This document shows, one piece after another, positions 28,692-38,355 of a DNA stretch of 64,000 nucleotides. The notes beneath the pieces are model-generated. The model did not search any database and was not told the DNA's origin. It saw only the letters and a program-made list of their open reading frames with translations. The position numbers were made by a program, and so were the translations under genes. Numbering within the stretch: position 1 is the first letter of the stretch; each line of letters starts with the position of its first letter. The stretch lies in the NCBI GenBank assembly GCA_964609895.1, contig CAZSTG010000004.1:16288-80287 (forward strand), in the 5' to 3' direction. The DNA is from an uncultured Gammaproteobacteria bacterium. Lineage in GTDB: Bacteria; Patescibacteriota; Microgenomatia; UBA10105; UBA927.

Positions 28692-29267
28692 ATGACTGCT
28701 GTATCACCACACATTTCAGTCTATAAAAGACCTCCCAAACAGATACATGAACAAATTAAACAACTCGGTTATATTTGTTTTGCTAACAAAAAACTAAGTG
28801 AAGTAGAACAGAAAATAAATCAAGACCAGATAACGGCAGATAAACCAGAAAAAGTTATAGTTGCAGTGGAAAATGGCGCGCTTCTTGGAAGAATAAAAAT
28901 ATTCAAAAGAGCTTCAGTATTTGATAACACCCGTATCACTATTGGAGGAATAGGTGGAGTCTGTGTGGAACCACATGTGAGAAATCAGGGAATCGGTTCT
29001 CGTTTACTCCGCGCCGCTTTGGTGGAAATCAAAAAAAGTAATGTTGATATTGCTCTCCTTCTTGTTGATTCTAAGAACAAAAAGGCAATTTCACTGTATC
29101 AAAAATTTGGCTTCACCCTCTTACAAAATAACGTTCTCTACACGGGTAAATCAGGAACACTATATACACAAAAAGGTGCGATGATAGCACCAATACGATC
29201 CAATAACATATACTCCAAGATATGCACCGTAAAAATCCCTGTACATATCGGTTGTGGTAATTTTTAA
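28692..29267 (+). CDS. GNAT-family N-acetyltransferase
   Basis: VCVEPHVRNQGIGSRLL, AISLYQKFGF. Confidence 0.85.
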   Translation: MTAVSPHISVYKRPPKQIHEQIKQLGYICFANKKLSEVEQKINQDQITADKPEKVIVAVENGALLGRIKIFKRASVFDNTRITIGGIGGVCVEPHVRNQGIGSRLLRAALVEIKKSNVDIALLLVDSKNKKAISLYQKFGFTLLQNNVLYTGKSGTLYTQKGAMIAPIRSNNIYSKICTVKIPVHIGCGNF

Positions 29268-29338
29268 TTACTTGCTATACTACTAGCACTCTGCCACCAA
29301 CAAATACGCTGCTCCTTGTGCGATATAATACATTGCTT

Positions 29339-30289
29339 ATGTATCAGCTCCAATTACTAAAAACCACGATTGCAAATGGCTTTCTTCATGTTGTCATACG
29401 GCTTACTCCACCAATATATGCAAAAAAATATTCCAAAACCACTGGCATAATAACAAAAATTGGGCATAAGTATATAACAATGTATATATTGATGATGAAG
29501 ACGTTTGTGTTCTTTTCTAAACTCTCGCTTGCCACCTGTGTCATTGATGATGGAACATTGACAAAACACGACAAACAAGTTCTTGCAAAACACGTCAGAA
29601 ATATTCGCATCATCAGTGCTTCTGCCGGTCTGAAAGCGGTAAAAAAAATAAAAACAAGATACCCATATATATATAGATACCGCATGGAGACTCATCCAGA
29701 TCTATTTACCCACAACACATGTCTATATGATCTTACGCAGTTGTCAGGATTTAAAAAATTTATTATTCTTGACGCGGATATAGTTTTTTTTAAAAAACCG
29801 ACAACCATTATTAATTGGGTGAATTCAAAAAATGAGCGCACGTATTATATGGCGTTTCCATCCAGCTATCTGTACGCAACAAGTGGATGGGGGAGAATAA
29901 TCCTACAGATTTTTTCCACACTTTGGAAATCAGATATTCCTGTGTTATTTAATGACGGTATTATTTGTGGATATAAGCACTGGTTTACATTAGACGTGCT
30001 CGAGCGACATACGAAAATGGTCTATGCGTATGGATTGCAACATTCTTGGATCAGTCTTATTCTTATCTGGTCAGGCATCTTTTTGCATTTTTCTAAAAAC
30101 CCAAAAACTCCAATCTCACCGCTTCCGGCAGTACACTATGGCATTTTAACTGTAAAAACGCTCCAGTCTCGTCTTAGAAACGCCGTGTTCTCCTATACGT
30201 GTCTACATTATATCGGCCCATTTAAAAACCTGTATCTACCATTGGACGCATATAAGCTATTTATTTCTTACTGCACACATAATCTATGA
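29339..30289 (+). CDS. Putative GT-A fold glycosyltransferase, paralogue 1
   Basis: VIDDGTLT, ILDADIVFF (DxD), FNDGIICG. Confidence 0.6.
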   Translation: MYQLQLLKTTIANGFLHVVIRLTPPIYAKKYSKTTGIITKIGHKYITMYILMMKTFVFFSKLSLATCVIDDGTLTKHDKQVLAKHVRNIRIISASAGLKAVKKIKTRYPYIYRYRMETHPDLFTHNTCLYDLTQLSGFKKFIILDADIVFFKKPTTIINWVNSKNERTYYMAFPSSYLYATSGWGRIILQIFSTLWKSDIPVLFNDGIICGYKHWFTLDVLERHTKMVYAYGLQHSWISLILIWSGIFLHFSKNPKTPISPLPAVHYGILTVKTLQSRLRNAVFSYTCLHYIGPFKNLYLPLDAYKLFISYCTHNL

Positions 30290-31227
30290 ACATGGTACTC
30301 AAAAACACAAGGCAAAAACTGATAAAAACGCTTGTGTATCTTCTGTTGCAATGTACAAAACCGGTTGTACTTAATCAAACACAATATAATGTGTCATTTT
30401 GCTCCATGGTGTCTCATAATCATCTCCTCCTCTATATAGTCGCTATCAAATCGTTCATCTATTGGTCACATCTCCATCTGCCAGCAATGATTGTTGATGA
30501 TGGAACACTGACAACAAAAGATAAAGCACTGCTTACTTATCACCTGAAACATTGCCTTGTTATATCAAAAAAAACAGCGGATAAAAAAGCAAAACGGGAG
30601 CTTCGGGCTTATCCTCATTGTCTCACATACAGATTAGATACAACTCACGACATCGAAACACATAATCAAAAATTATTTGACCCTTTTTTATTGTGTCGAA
30701 CGGACTATTTCATTCTTTTGGATTCTGATGTCCTATTCTTTTCCCGCCCCACTGCAATCATTGATTGGATCAAAAGCGACAAAAAACATTTTGTGTATAT
30801 GCAATATAACCCCTTGTATATACAGACATGCAACACATGGGGAATGCTAACAATGAAAATTTTTGCAAAGCTCGTTGGAAATCCAAGTGCAGTTAAACTC
30901 AATTCCGGACTCGTATGCGGCAAAACGTCATTATTTTCACTTGCGAAAGCTGAGCAACTTTGCGCTGCCTATTTTACCTACAGATTAAACCGTACTTGGT
31001 TGGGAGATCAGCCGGTTCTTGCACAGATATTCCTGTCTGAAAAAAAATCAGTCACTAAAAAATCCGGCTTACCAAGCGATACGTTTTGCATACTCACAGA
31101 TGCCAATATGAGAAAAAACTTGTGGAAAAAGGCGTGTATCCACTATCATACAGGCATAAATAAACATCTTTGTTTTATAGACAGTATTCGCTTATTGCTG
31201 AAAACTCAGCTTTTTACAAAATCATAG
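30286..31227 (+). CDS. Putative GT-A fold (GT8-like) glycosyltransferase, paralogue 2
   Basis: IVDDGTLT, LLDSDVLFF, LNSGLVCG, GDQPVL, CIHY. Confidence 0.65.
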   Translation: MNMVLKNTRQKLIKTLVYLLLQCTKPVVLNQTQYNVSFCSMVSHNHLLLYIVAIKSFIYWSHLHLPAMIVDDGTLTTKDKALLTYHLKHCLVISKKTADKKAKRELRAYPHCLTYRLDTTHDIETHNQKLFDPFLLCRTDYFILLDSDVLFFSRPTAIIDWIKSDKKHFVYMQYNPLYIQTCNTWGMLTMKIFAKLVGNPSAVKLNSGLVCGKTSLFSLAKAEQLCAAYFTYRLNRTWLGDQPVLAQIFLSEKKSVTKKSGLPSDTFCILTDANMRKNLWKKACIHYHTGINKHLCFIDSIRLLLKTQLFTKS

Positions 31228-31247
31228 AGTAATTGACAGTATTACAT

Positions 31248-31979
31248 ATGAAACACCAATATAGTAATTTTGTCATTCTTACGACACAAAGAACAGGTTC
31301 TACCTATATTGCGCATCTGTTGGATTCCCATCCGTCCGTCGTATCTTATGGCGAAATATTCCACCGGTTCGGCGTTGGTTGGGGAAGCAGGACACAGCGC
31401 ACAAACACGAGGTGGTTATTCTATATGCGCAACATCTTTCCCATCGTGTTTCTCAACACGCAGGTGTTTCATGCATATCCGTCAAACATTCGTGCTGTCG
31501 GTTTTAAACTGATGTACGGTCAAGCTACCCGTTTTCCGTCAGTTCTGCGGTACCTTGCAAATCAGCAAAGTACTATTATTTTTCTCAACCGCAAAAACCT
31601 ACTCGAGTCACTCGTATCACTCAAACGCGCGCAGTATTCCCGTATTTGGACTCTCAAATCAGCATCGGAAAAACCAGCAATCCACATATATATAGATGAA
31701 CAGGAGTGTCTCAATTATTTTATGGAGACGGATTGTCTTCATCGGCAATTCTGTGCGTATTTCAAAAAAAACCCTTCCATGCAGATATATTATGAGGACG
31801 TGTGTCAGAAAGGGACGCATGGACTTGATGCGGTGCAGCGTTTTTTGGCAATCCCCAGAAAACCGCTCTCTTCTCCAATTACAAAACTGAGAGGAGCTCC
31901 GCTAGAGGAAACGGTAGTAAATTACTTCGAGTTGAAAAAAAAGTTTTCCAAAACGAAATGGGCATCATTTTTTCCATGA
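31248..31979 (+). CDS. Sulfotransferase (Stf0-like)
   Basis: 5'-PSB TTQRTGST, HPSVVSYGEIF, GFKLMY, 3'-PB RKNLLESLVS, IYYED. Confidence 0.8.
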   Translation: MKHQYSNFVILTTQRTGSTYIAHLLDSHPSVVSYGEIFHRFGVGWGSRTQRTNTRWLFYMRNIFPIVFLNTQVFHAYPSNIRAVGFKLMYGQATRFPSVLRYLANQQSTIIFLNRKNLLESLVSLKRAQYSRIWTLKSASEKPAIHIYIDEQECLNYFMETDCLHRQFCAYFKKNPSMQIYYEDVCQKGTHGLDAVQRFLAIPRKPLSSPITKLRGAPLEETVVNYFELKKKFSKTKWASFFP

Positions 31980-33022
31980 AACGCATTTTATATATATCAT
32001 CGACAGACGAATCAGCTTCCATCCAAAATACGGAAAGAAGAAAGGCTTTGTTGCAGGAGCTCGGTTTTTCCGTCACTCTGTATACGTCAAAACAACAGGG
32101 TCTTTCGGAACTGCTGCAGTTGATTCCACACATACACACCTATACCATGCTCTATATACGTATTGACGGATCCTGTCGCCTTGACAAATTCAGCTTTCTC
32201 AAACTTATTCGTCCTTCACTCAGAATCGTTTGGGAAATTCATGGATTTCCGGAAGAAAATGATAGAAACAGCCACAGTGCACGTACTCATGGGCTCAGTG
32301 CGATCAAGAGACTGGTATATTCCGCATGTGCAAACGGGTATGTTTTTGTCTCTGAAGAGTTGCAGCAATATGCAAAGAAAAAAATACTTCGGCGTCCTCA
32401 AACCGTCATTCCAAATTTTATTCCGTCCGGTTTCAAACAATCCTTTAAACATACGCCGTCCAAAACCCTTAGGTCAAAAGGCACATCGCTTCGATATGTT
32501 TTATGGACCGGCAATGGAGCGTATCCGTGGCATGCGCTCGATATACTCGAACAGGTGGCAAAACTGTCTTACCGGCGCAATAAACATATTCGGTTTATAG
32601 TAATTTCCCCATATCTTTGGCATACGTTTTCCTGGTATCGGAATATCCTGTTTATCGCAGGGGCTCCCAATACCGTGGTACAGAAGTATATTGGGCAAAG
32701 TGATGTGTGTCTTGCGCTGTATCACAAACCGCCCGCATGCCCGTTTTATTTTTCTCCGTTGAAAATTCTCGACTATATGATCAACAAAAAACCTGTTATT
32801 GCAACAGGGTTAGGGCAAATAAACACAGTAATAGCCGATGGGATTAACGGGTATGTCACGGATAATGAGCCTGAAGACATCGTGGAAAAAATTCAGTATC
32901 TCATAACTCACCCTAAGGAAAGAACCGCGATGGGGGATAAGGGGTATGATACCATCACTTGCCAAAGGTCATATGCTAAGGCAAAAAAAGCGTATCAGGC
33001 ATTTTTTAATAAAATATGGTAA
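31976..33022 (+). CDS. GT4 glycosyltransferase
   Basis: SPLKILDYMINKKPVIAT, VIADGINGY. Confidence 0.8.
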   Translation: MKRILYISSTDESASIQNTERRKALLQELGFSVTLYTSKQQGLSELLQLIPHIHTYTMLYIRIDGSCRLDKFSFLKLIRPSLRIVWEIHGFPEENDRNSHSARTHGLSAIKRLVYSACANGYVFVSEELQQYAKKKILRRPQTVIPNFIPSGFKQSFKHTPSKTLRSKGTSLRYVLWTGNGAYPWHALDILEQVAKLSYRRNKHIRFIVISPYLWHTFSWYRNILFIAGAPNTVVQKYIGQSDVCLALYHKPPACPFYFSPLKILDYMINKKPVIATGLGQINTVIADGINGYVTDNEPEDIVEKIQYLITHPKERTAMGDKGYDTITCQRSYAKAKKAYQAFFNKIW

Positions 33023-34236
33023 TAAACCAACAAAAAAAGGCCGTTGTTATCGTACTAGATGAATTTTTCACAAGCGGTATCACCACATTTATTTATTCCT
33101 ATTCCCAGTATCTTCTCTCAGCTGGGTTTGATGTGATTTTGATAGGCAAATCAAAAAATGAATCATGGATCACCCAAAAATTTCATGGGTGTACCCTGTA
33201 CACATTCTCCGAAACCAAACCAGCAAAATTACTCGGAGAAAAGCTGATAACCTATATTCAAAACGTTTTCTGGTACGCCAAGTTGTTTCGAAAAGTACGC
33301 CATAAACATTCCATTCTTGCAGTTCATTTTAATCAGGTGCTCTCAGCTTTTGGCATTCTGCTGTTTTCCCCTTCGGTCTATAGATATCAAAGAATATATA
33401 CGTTTCATGGAGACAGAGCGCAGGAACTCCAAAGTGAACAAGTGGAGCATCCTGTCCGCATACTACATATTGCCGTCATGCAACAGTTGCAGCGTTTTGT
33501 TTTACATCACTGCTCAGCTGTTGTTGCAGTAAGTCTGTATGGACTCAAAAGATTACGCGAGTTACGAACGCCAAATAGTAGATATATTCCTAATGGTATA
33601 TTTATGGATACAACTGGCGCGCGGGGAATAAAAAAAGAAAAAAAACTACAGCGTATGCAATACCATTGCATCAACATATCTCGATTCGAACCGCGAAAAG
33701 GACATATTCTCTTGCTACATGCTATGCGTCAGTTACTCCAAAAAAATATACCCATACAAACGACAATTGCCGGACCTGTTTCAAGTGAGTTATTACCGAT
33801 TCTATACGAATATGGACGGTTAAAATTAACCTCGCATATACGATTCTGTTATCAACCAGACACCGAGACGCAAGCGGCTCTCCTCCGGACGGCTGATCTC
33901 TTTATCATGCCGTCTGTCGCACTAGAAAACTGCCCCTTTACCATTATCGAGGCGCTTGCACACGGAATACCTGTTATCGGAACTCCTGTCGGAGGCATAC
34001 CGGAAATGCTTGAAAAAATCGACTCCCGCCTGATAGCCAAACAGGCTCGTCCGGAGGATCTGGCAAAAACAATTTTATGGTATCTGCGCCTGCCCGCATC
34101 ACAAAAACAGACCATACGGGCAACATGCCGAATCACGGCACAAACCTATTACAATGCTGCGATCAACTATAAAAAATATGTGCGGCTCTATCAGAAGGCA
34201 AAGCGCTCGAACTCCGCTGATAAAAATGTGCAATAA
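33016..34236 (+). CDS. GT4 glycosyltransferase
   Basis: RFEPRKG, ENCPFTIIEALAHGIPVIGTPVGGIPE. Confidence 0.85.
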   Translation: MVINQQKKAVVIVLDEFFTSGITTFIYSYSQYLLSAGFDVILIGKSKNESWITQKFHGCTLYTFSETKPAKLLGEKLITYIQNVFWYAKLFRKVRHKHSILAVHFNQVLSAFGILLFSPSVYRYQRIYTFHGDRAQELQSEQVEHPVRILHIAVMQQLQRFVLHHCSAVVAVSLYGLKRLRELRTPNSRYIPNGIFMDTTGARGIKKEKKLQRMQYHCINISRFEPRKGHILLLHAMRQLLQKNIPIQTTIAGPVSSELLPILYEYGRLKLTSHIRFCYQPDTETQAALLRTADLFIMPSVALENCPFTIIEALAHGIPVIGTPVGGIPEMLEKIDSRLIAKQARPEDLAKTILWYLRLPASQKQTIRATCRITAQTYYNAAINYKKYVRLYQKAKRSNSADKNVQ

Positions 34237-34314
34237 AACTGTCACAGGGAGAGCTTCCATGATATACTATACTATTGAATTTGAGCGTATATACAATCTT
34301 TGTTGTAACACACT

Positions 34315-36174
34315 ATGAAAAAAAGGCCGAAGAAAACAGCAGATAACCAAAAGCCGATGAAAATGGCTGAATTCAGGATCAATTTTAACCTTAAAAACAT
34401 CGTCATCGGTTTGCTTATTCTGTTCGTTATTTTTTCTATGTTTGAAAACATGTCCGGTGCCGGAGCTTCAATCACTGAACAACCGTTCACGTCCGTCATC
34501 TCAGATATTAAAGAAAACAAAATCAAAAAAATTGAAGTTGAAGATTCCAAGCTTTCCGTTGTATATACGGACGGAAAAAAAGTGCTGTCGTACAAAGAAC
34601 CGCAGGATTCATTATATTCAATCCTTGAAAAATCCGGTATTGATCCGAAAACAGTGGAAATAAAGGTAAAAGACTTTAACGCGGGACAGCTGTGGATGGG
34701 GATACTTTCAAATGTTTTACCATTGATCCTCACTGTTGTATTTTTTCTGTTTCTGTTTAGACAGGCAAGGGGAGCACAGGATAATGTTTTTTCATTTGGA
34801 CAAAGCAAGGCAAAATTATGGAACAAAGATTTGCCGAAAATCACATTTGCAGACGTTGCGGGAGTGGATGAGGCAAAAAATGAAGTGATGGAGATTGTAG
34901 ATTTTCTCAAAAACCCAGCAAAATACAAAGCCCTCGGCGCCAGAACACCCAAAGGTGTTATTCTTGTCGGCCCATCAGGAACAGGAAAAACGCTCCTTGC
35001 CAAAGCTATGGCCGGAGAAGCAAAAGTACCGTTCTATTCCATCGCGGGAAGTGAATTTATGGAAATGCTTGTCGGTGTGGGAGCTGCCCGTGTCAGAGAC
35101 CTGTTTGCGACGGCTAAAAAAACAGCTCCGGCAATTATCTTCATTGATGAAATAGATGCAATCGGTAGAATGCGCTCTGTTGGCGCCATGGGCGGACATG
35201 ATGAACGGGAACAGACGTTAAACCAGATACTGGTGGAAATGGACGGATTTGAACCGAATACAGCAGTCCTCGTGGTCGCGGCAACAAACCGTGGAGATCT
35301 TCTTGATCCTGCGCTTACCCGTCCGGGAAGGTTTGACAGACGGGTAACACTGGATCTGCCGGACATGGAAGGCCGAAAATCAATCCTTAAAATTCATGCC
35401 AAAGGAAAGCCATTAGCACCGACGGTTGACTGGGATAAAGTCGCAAAGCGTACCGTCGGATTTTCCGGTGCCGATCTTGAAAACATGCTCAATGAGTCAG
35501 CTATTCATGCGGCGCGTCAGGATAAGAAAGTTATTTCCTATGGCGACATAGAAGAATCCGCAACAAAAGTAAAACTCGGACCGGAAAAGAAACGGCTACA
35601 AAGCGACACAGACCGAAAAATGACCGCCTGCCATGAAGCTGGACATGCAGTGGTGAATTACCATCTAATGGATATGGACAAAGTCCACAGAATTTCCATC
35701 ATATCCCGTGGTATGGCACTCGGTTATACGCTCACTCCACCTGAAAAAGACCGGCTGCATGAAACAAAATCACATCTTATCAACCAGATTGCAACAATGA
35801 TGGGAGGACGGGCTGCTGAGGCACTCATCTACAAAGACGTGACGAGCGGCGCTGCCAGTGACATCGATCAGGCAACCAGAATTGCACGATATATGGTGAT
35901 GGAATTCGGTATGAGCCCGCTTGGTCCCATTAATTTCGGACCGAATATGGACGTCACAGAATGGGGCAAGTCACTCATGGAAAATCAGCAAATCTCTCCG
36001 GAAATGCTCGGGAAAATTGACGCGGAAATTCAAAAATTTGTGTTTGAAGGATACCAGACAGCGGAAAATATTCTGAAGAAATACAAAAAACAGCTGGAAC
36101 TAGTTACCAAAGCACTGGTTGAGAAAGAGACGCTAGAAGGGGACGAGTTTGAAGAACTCATGAAAAATTCATAA
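34315..36174 (+). CDS. ftsH: ATP-dependent zinc metalloprotease FtsH
   Basis: Two TM, GPSGTGKT, IFIDEID, RPGRFDR, HEAGH. Confidence 0.97.
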   Translation: MKKRPKKTADNQKPMKMAEFRINFNLKNIVIGLLILFVIFSMFENMSGAGASITEQPFTSVISDIKENKIKKIEVEDSKLSVVYTDGKKVLSYKEPQDSLYSILEKSGIDPKTVEIKVKDFNAGQLWMGILSNVLPLILTVVFFLFLFRQARGAQDNVFSFGQSKAKLWNKDLPKITFADVAGVDEAKNEVMEIVDFLKNPAKYKALGARTPKGVILVGPSGTGKTLLAKAMAGEAKVPFYSIAGSEFMEMLVGVGAARVRDLFATAKKTAPAIIFIDEIDAIGRMRSVGAMGGHDEREQTLNQILVEMDGFEPNTAVLVVAATNRGDLLDPALTRPGRFDRRVTLDLPDMEGRKSILKIHAKGKPLAPTVDWDKVAKRTVGFSGADLENMLNESAIHAARQDKKVISYGDIEESATKVKLGPEKKRLQSDTDRKMTACHEAGHAVVNYHLMDMDKVHRISIISRGMALGYTLTPPEKDRLHETKSHLINQIATMMGGRAAEALIYKDVTSGAASDIDQATRIARYMVMEFGMSPLGPINFGPNMDVTEWGKSLMENQQISPEMLGKIDAEIQKFVFEGYQTAENILKKYKKQLELVTKALVEKETLEGDEFEELMKNS

Positions 36175-36189
36175 AAACAGCACATACCT

Positions 36190-37131
36190 GTGAATCGCCT
36201 CATTATCATTGACGGAAACGCAATTTTACACCGTGCCTTTCACGCACTTCCTCCGCTTACCGCGCCAAACGGCACAACAGTAAATGCGGTGTATGGCTTC
36301 ACTTCTATGCTTCTCAGACTTGTCAATGATCTTTCGCCGACACATCTTGCGGTCGCCTTCGACCGTCCGGCGCCGACGTTCAGAAAAAACCTGTATGAGG
36401 GGTACCAGATCAAGCGGCCAAAAATGGATGAGGGGCTTGCGACGCAGATACCACTAGTGCATGACGTTATTCACGCAATGGAAATTCCCGTATTTGAAAT
36501 GGACGGCTTTGAGGCGGATGATGTCATTGGAACGTTGTGCAGCCATCACACCAAAACCATGGATCAGATCATCATTGTGACGGGAGACAGAGATCTCTTG
36601 CAACTAGTTACAGAAAAGATCAAACTGTATATGCCGACCAAAGGACTCTCTGAAGCAAAACTCTACGGCATTCAGGAAACCATTGAACGGTTAGGTGTTC
36701 CCCCGAAACAGATACCGGATTATAAAGCACTCGCAGGTGACAGCTCGGACAACTATCCGGGAGTACCGGGAATCGGTCCAAAAACCGCATCAGAACTGCT
36801 CCGCATCTATCCATCTATCGACGAAATCTATAAACATATACACAACGCGACCATCAAACCGCTTCTGCAACACAAACTGCAGACCGGTAAAGAGCTTGCG
36901 TTCCTCTCTAAAAAACTTGCCACTATACACCGTGATGTTCCTATACAAAGACAGGTCAAACCTATTGTGACATCCCAACTATCAACAGACCGTGTACGTG
37001 CCCTGCTGCAGCAATTTGGGTTCAATTCACTCATAAAACGGATGGAGCAGCCCAAGGAAGTACCCACGAAGGCAGACAGAAAAAAAGAGGAAAGAAAAAA
37101 AGTTATCGATGAACAAATGTCACTGATATAA
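36190..37131 (+). CDS. Stand-alone 5'-3' exonuclease (PolA N-terminal/FEN-like)
   Basis: IDGNAILHRAFHA, EADDVIG, TGDRD, GDSSDNYPGVPGIGPKTA; GTG start; no polymerase domain. Confidence 0.9.
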   Translation: MNRLIIIDGNAILHRAFHALPPLTAPNGTTVNAVYGFTSMLLRLVNDLSPTHLAVAFDRPAPTFRKNLYEGYQIKRPKMDEGLATQIPLVHDVIHAMEIPVFEMDGFEADDVIGTLCSHHTKTMDQIIIVTGDRDLLQLVTEKIKLYMPTKGLSEAKLYGIQETIERLGVPPKQIPDYKALAGDSSDNYPGVPGIGPKTASELLRIYPSIDEIYKHIHNATIKPLLQHKLQTGKELAFLSKKLATIHRDVPIQRQVKPIVTSQLSTDRVRALLQQFGFNSLIKRMEQPKEVPTKADRKKEERKKVIDEQMSLI

Positions 37132-37146
37132 TCAAGAGAGAGATAT

Positions 37147-38268
37147 ATGCGTGTTGCATTGGTACATGACTATATAAAGGAGTATGGGGGAGCAGAACGG
37201 GTGCTTGAAACACTCCATGAGCTATTTCCTCAAGCTCCGGTGTTTACCAGTGTGTATTGTCCATCCTGTTTAGGGCCGCACAAAGATAGGTTTAGCAATT
37301 GGGATATTCGGCCATCATGGTTACAGCGTATTCCATGGAAAGAAAAACTCATCAGCCCCTTGCGGCTCATTGCTCCATCTGTCTTTGCACATATGGATTT
37401 CTCTCAGTTTGATGTTGTTGTGGTTTCAGCAACGGGCGCATATGCGCCCAATATGATTCATAAAGGAACCTCTCTGCAAATATGTTATTGTCATACACCC
37501 CCACGGTATCTGTATGGATATGCGACGGCAAGAAACTGGAAAAAAAATCCGTTCATCCGCTGGATCGGGGAGTGTGCAAACAGGACACTCCGTGCTGTCG
37601 ACAAGCGGGCAAGTGGCAACGTTGACTTTTTTGTCGCTAATTCCAATGAGGTTGCCACAAGAATCAAAAAATTCTATCAACGCACTGCCACCGTAATTTA
37701 TCCGCCCGTTGATACCCCTCCCATGAATACACCGAAGGAAAAAAAGGGTTTTTTTATTACAGGTGGAAGACTTGCGGCAGCCAAACATATTGATATTGCC
37801 ATTCAAGCCTGTTCATCGCTCAATATACCGCTCAAAGTGTTTGGAAAAAGCTTTGCCGGATATGGAAACACACTCAGGCGGCTTGCGGGGTCATCTGTTG
37901 ATTTTGTAGGAGAAGTCTCTGATGAAGAAAAATGGAGACTGCTTACGGCAGCAAAATGTTTTATATTTCCCTCAGAAGACGAAGACTTCGGCATACTACC
38001 TGTGGAATCCATGGCATCAGGAACCCCAGTGATCGCTTTTCGGTCGGGAGGGGTCAAAGAAACGGTTGTAGAGGGCCAAACGGGATTGTTTTTTGATGAA
38101 TTATCCACACAATCACTTATACAGACCATACGGAAATTTCAACGCACACCCTATCACTGGAGCAACGCGTGCAAAAAACAGGCGAAAAAATTTTCTCGCG
38201 AACGATTTAATACTGAAATGCAGACATATATAAACAACGCCATCATAGAACAAAGCACGAACAAATGA
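37147..38268 (+). CDS. GT4 glycosyltransferase (WbaZ-like)
   Basis: MRVALVHDY..GGAERV, CYCHTPPRYLY, EDFGILPVESMASGTPV. Confidence 0.88.
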   Translation: MRVALVHDYIKEYGGAERVLETLHELFPQAPVFTSVYCPSCLGPHKDRFSNWDIRPSWLQRIPWKEKLISPLRLIAPSVFAHMDFSQFDVVVVSATGAYAPNMIHKGTSLQICYCHTPPRYLYGYATARNWKKNPFIRWIGECANRTLRAVDKRASGNVDFFVANSNEVATRIKKFYQRTATVIYPPVDTPPMNTPKEKKGFFITGGRLAAAKHIDIAIQACSSLNIPLKVFGKSFAGYGNTLRRLAGSSVDFVGEVSDEEKWRLLTAAKCFIFPSEDEDFGILPVESMASGTPVIAFRSGGVKETVVEGQTGLFFDELSTQSLIQTIRKFQRTPYHWSNACKKQAKKFSRERFNTEMQTYINNAIIEQSTNK

Positions 38269-38271
38269 GGT

Positions 38272-38338
38272 TTGACAAATACCCTGCTTCTCTTTATCAT
38301 AAGCATACGCTGTGCGGGTGATATCGCACACTTTTTTT
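38272..38338 (+). promoter_or_regulatory. Promoter followed by a terminator-like hairpin upstream of pyrH
   Basis: TTGACA(38272)-17-TATCAT(38295); TGTGCG...CGCACA (38311-38330) then C and T7. Confidence 0.55.
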
Positions 38339-38355
38339 ATAACGTATTATCACGT

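Noticed and set aside
34272-35003. Long antisense ORFs (also 53910..54554, 60441..61214, 20078..20704, 13097..13648)
   Set aside because: These are shadow frames opposite well-conserved genes (ftsH, dnaN, PrgI-like, valS, rplY).
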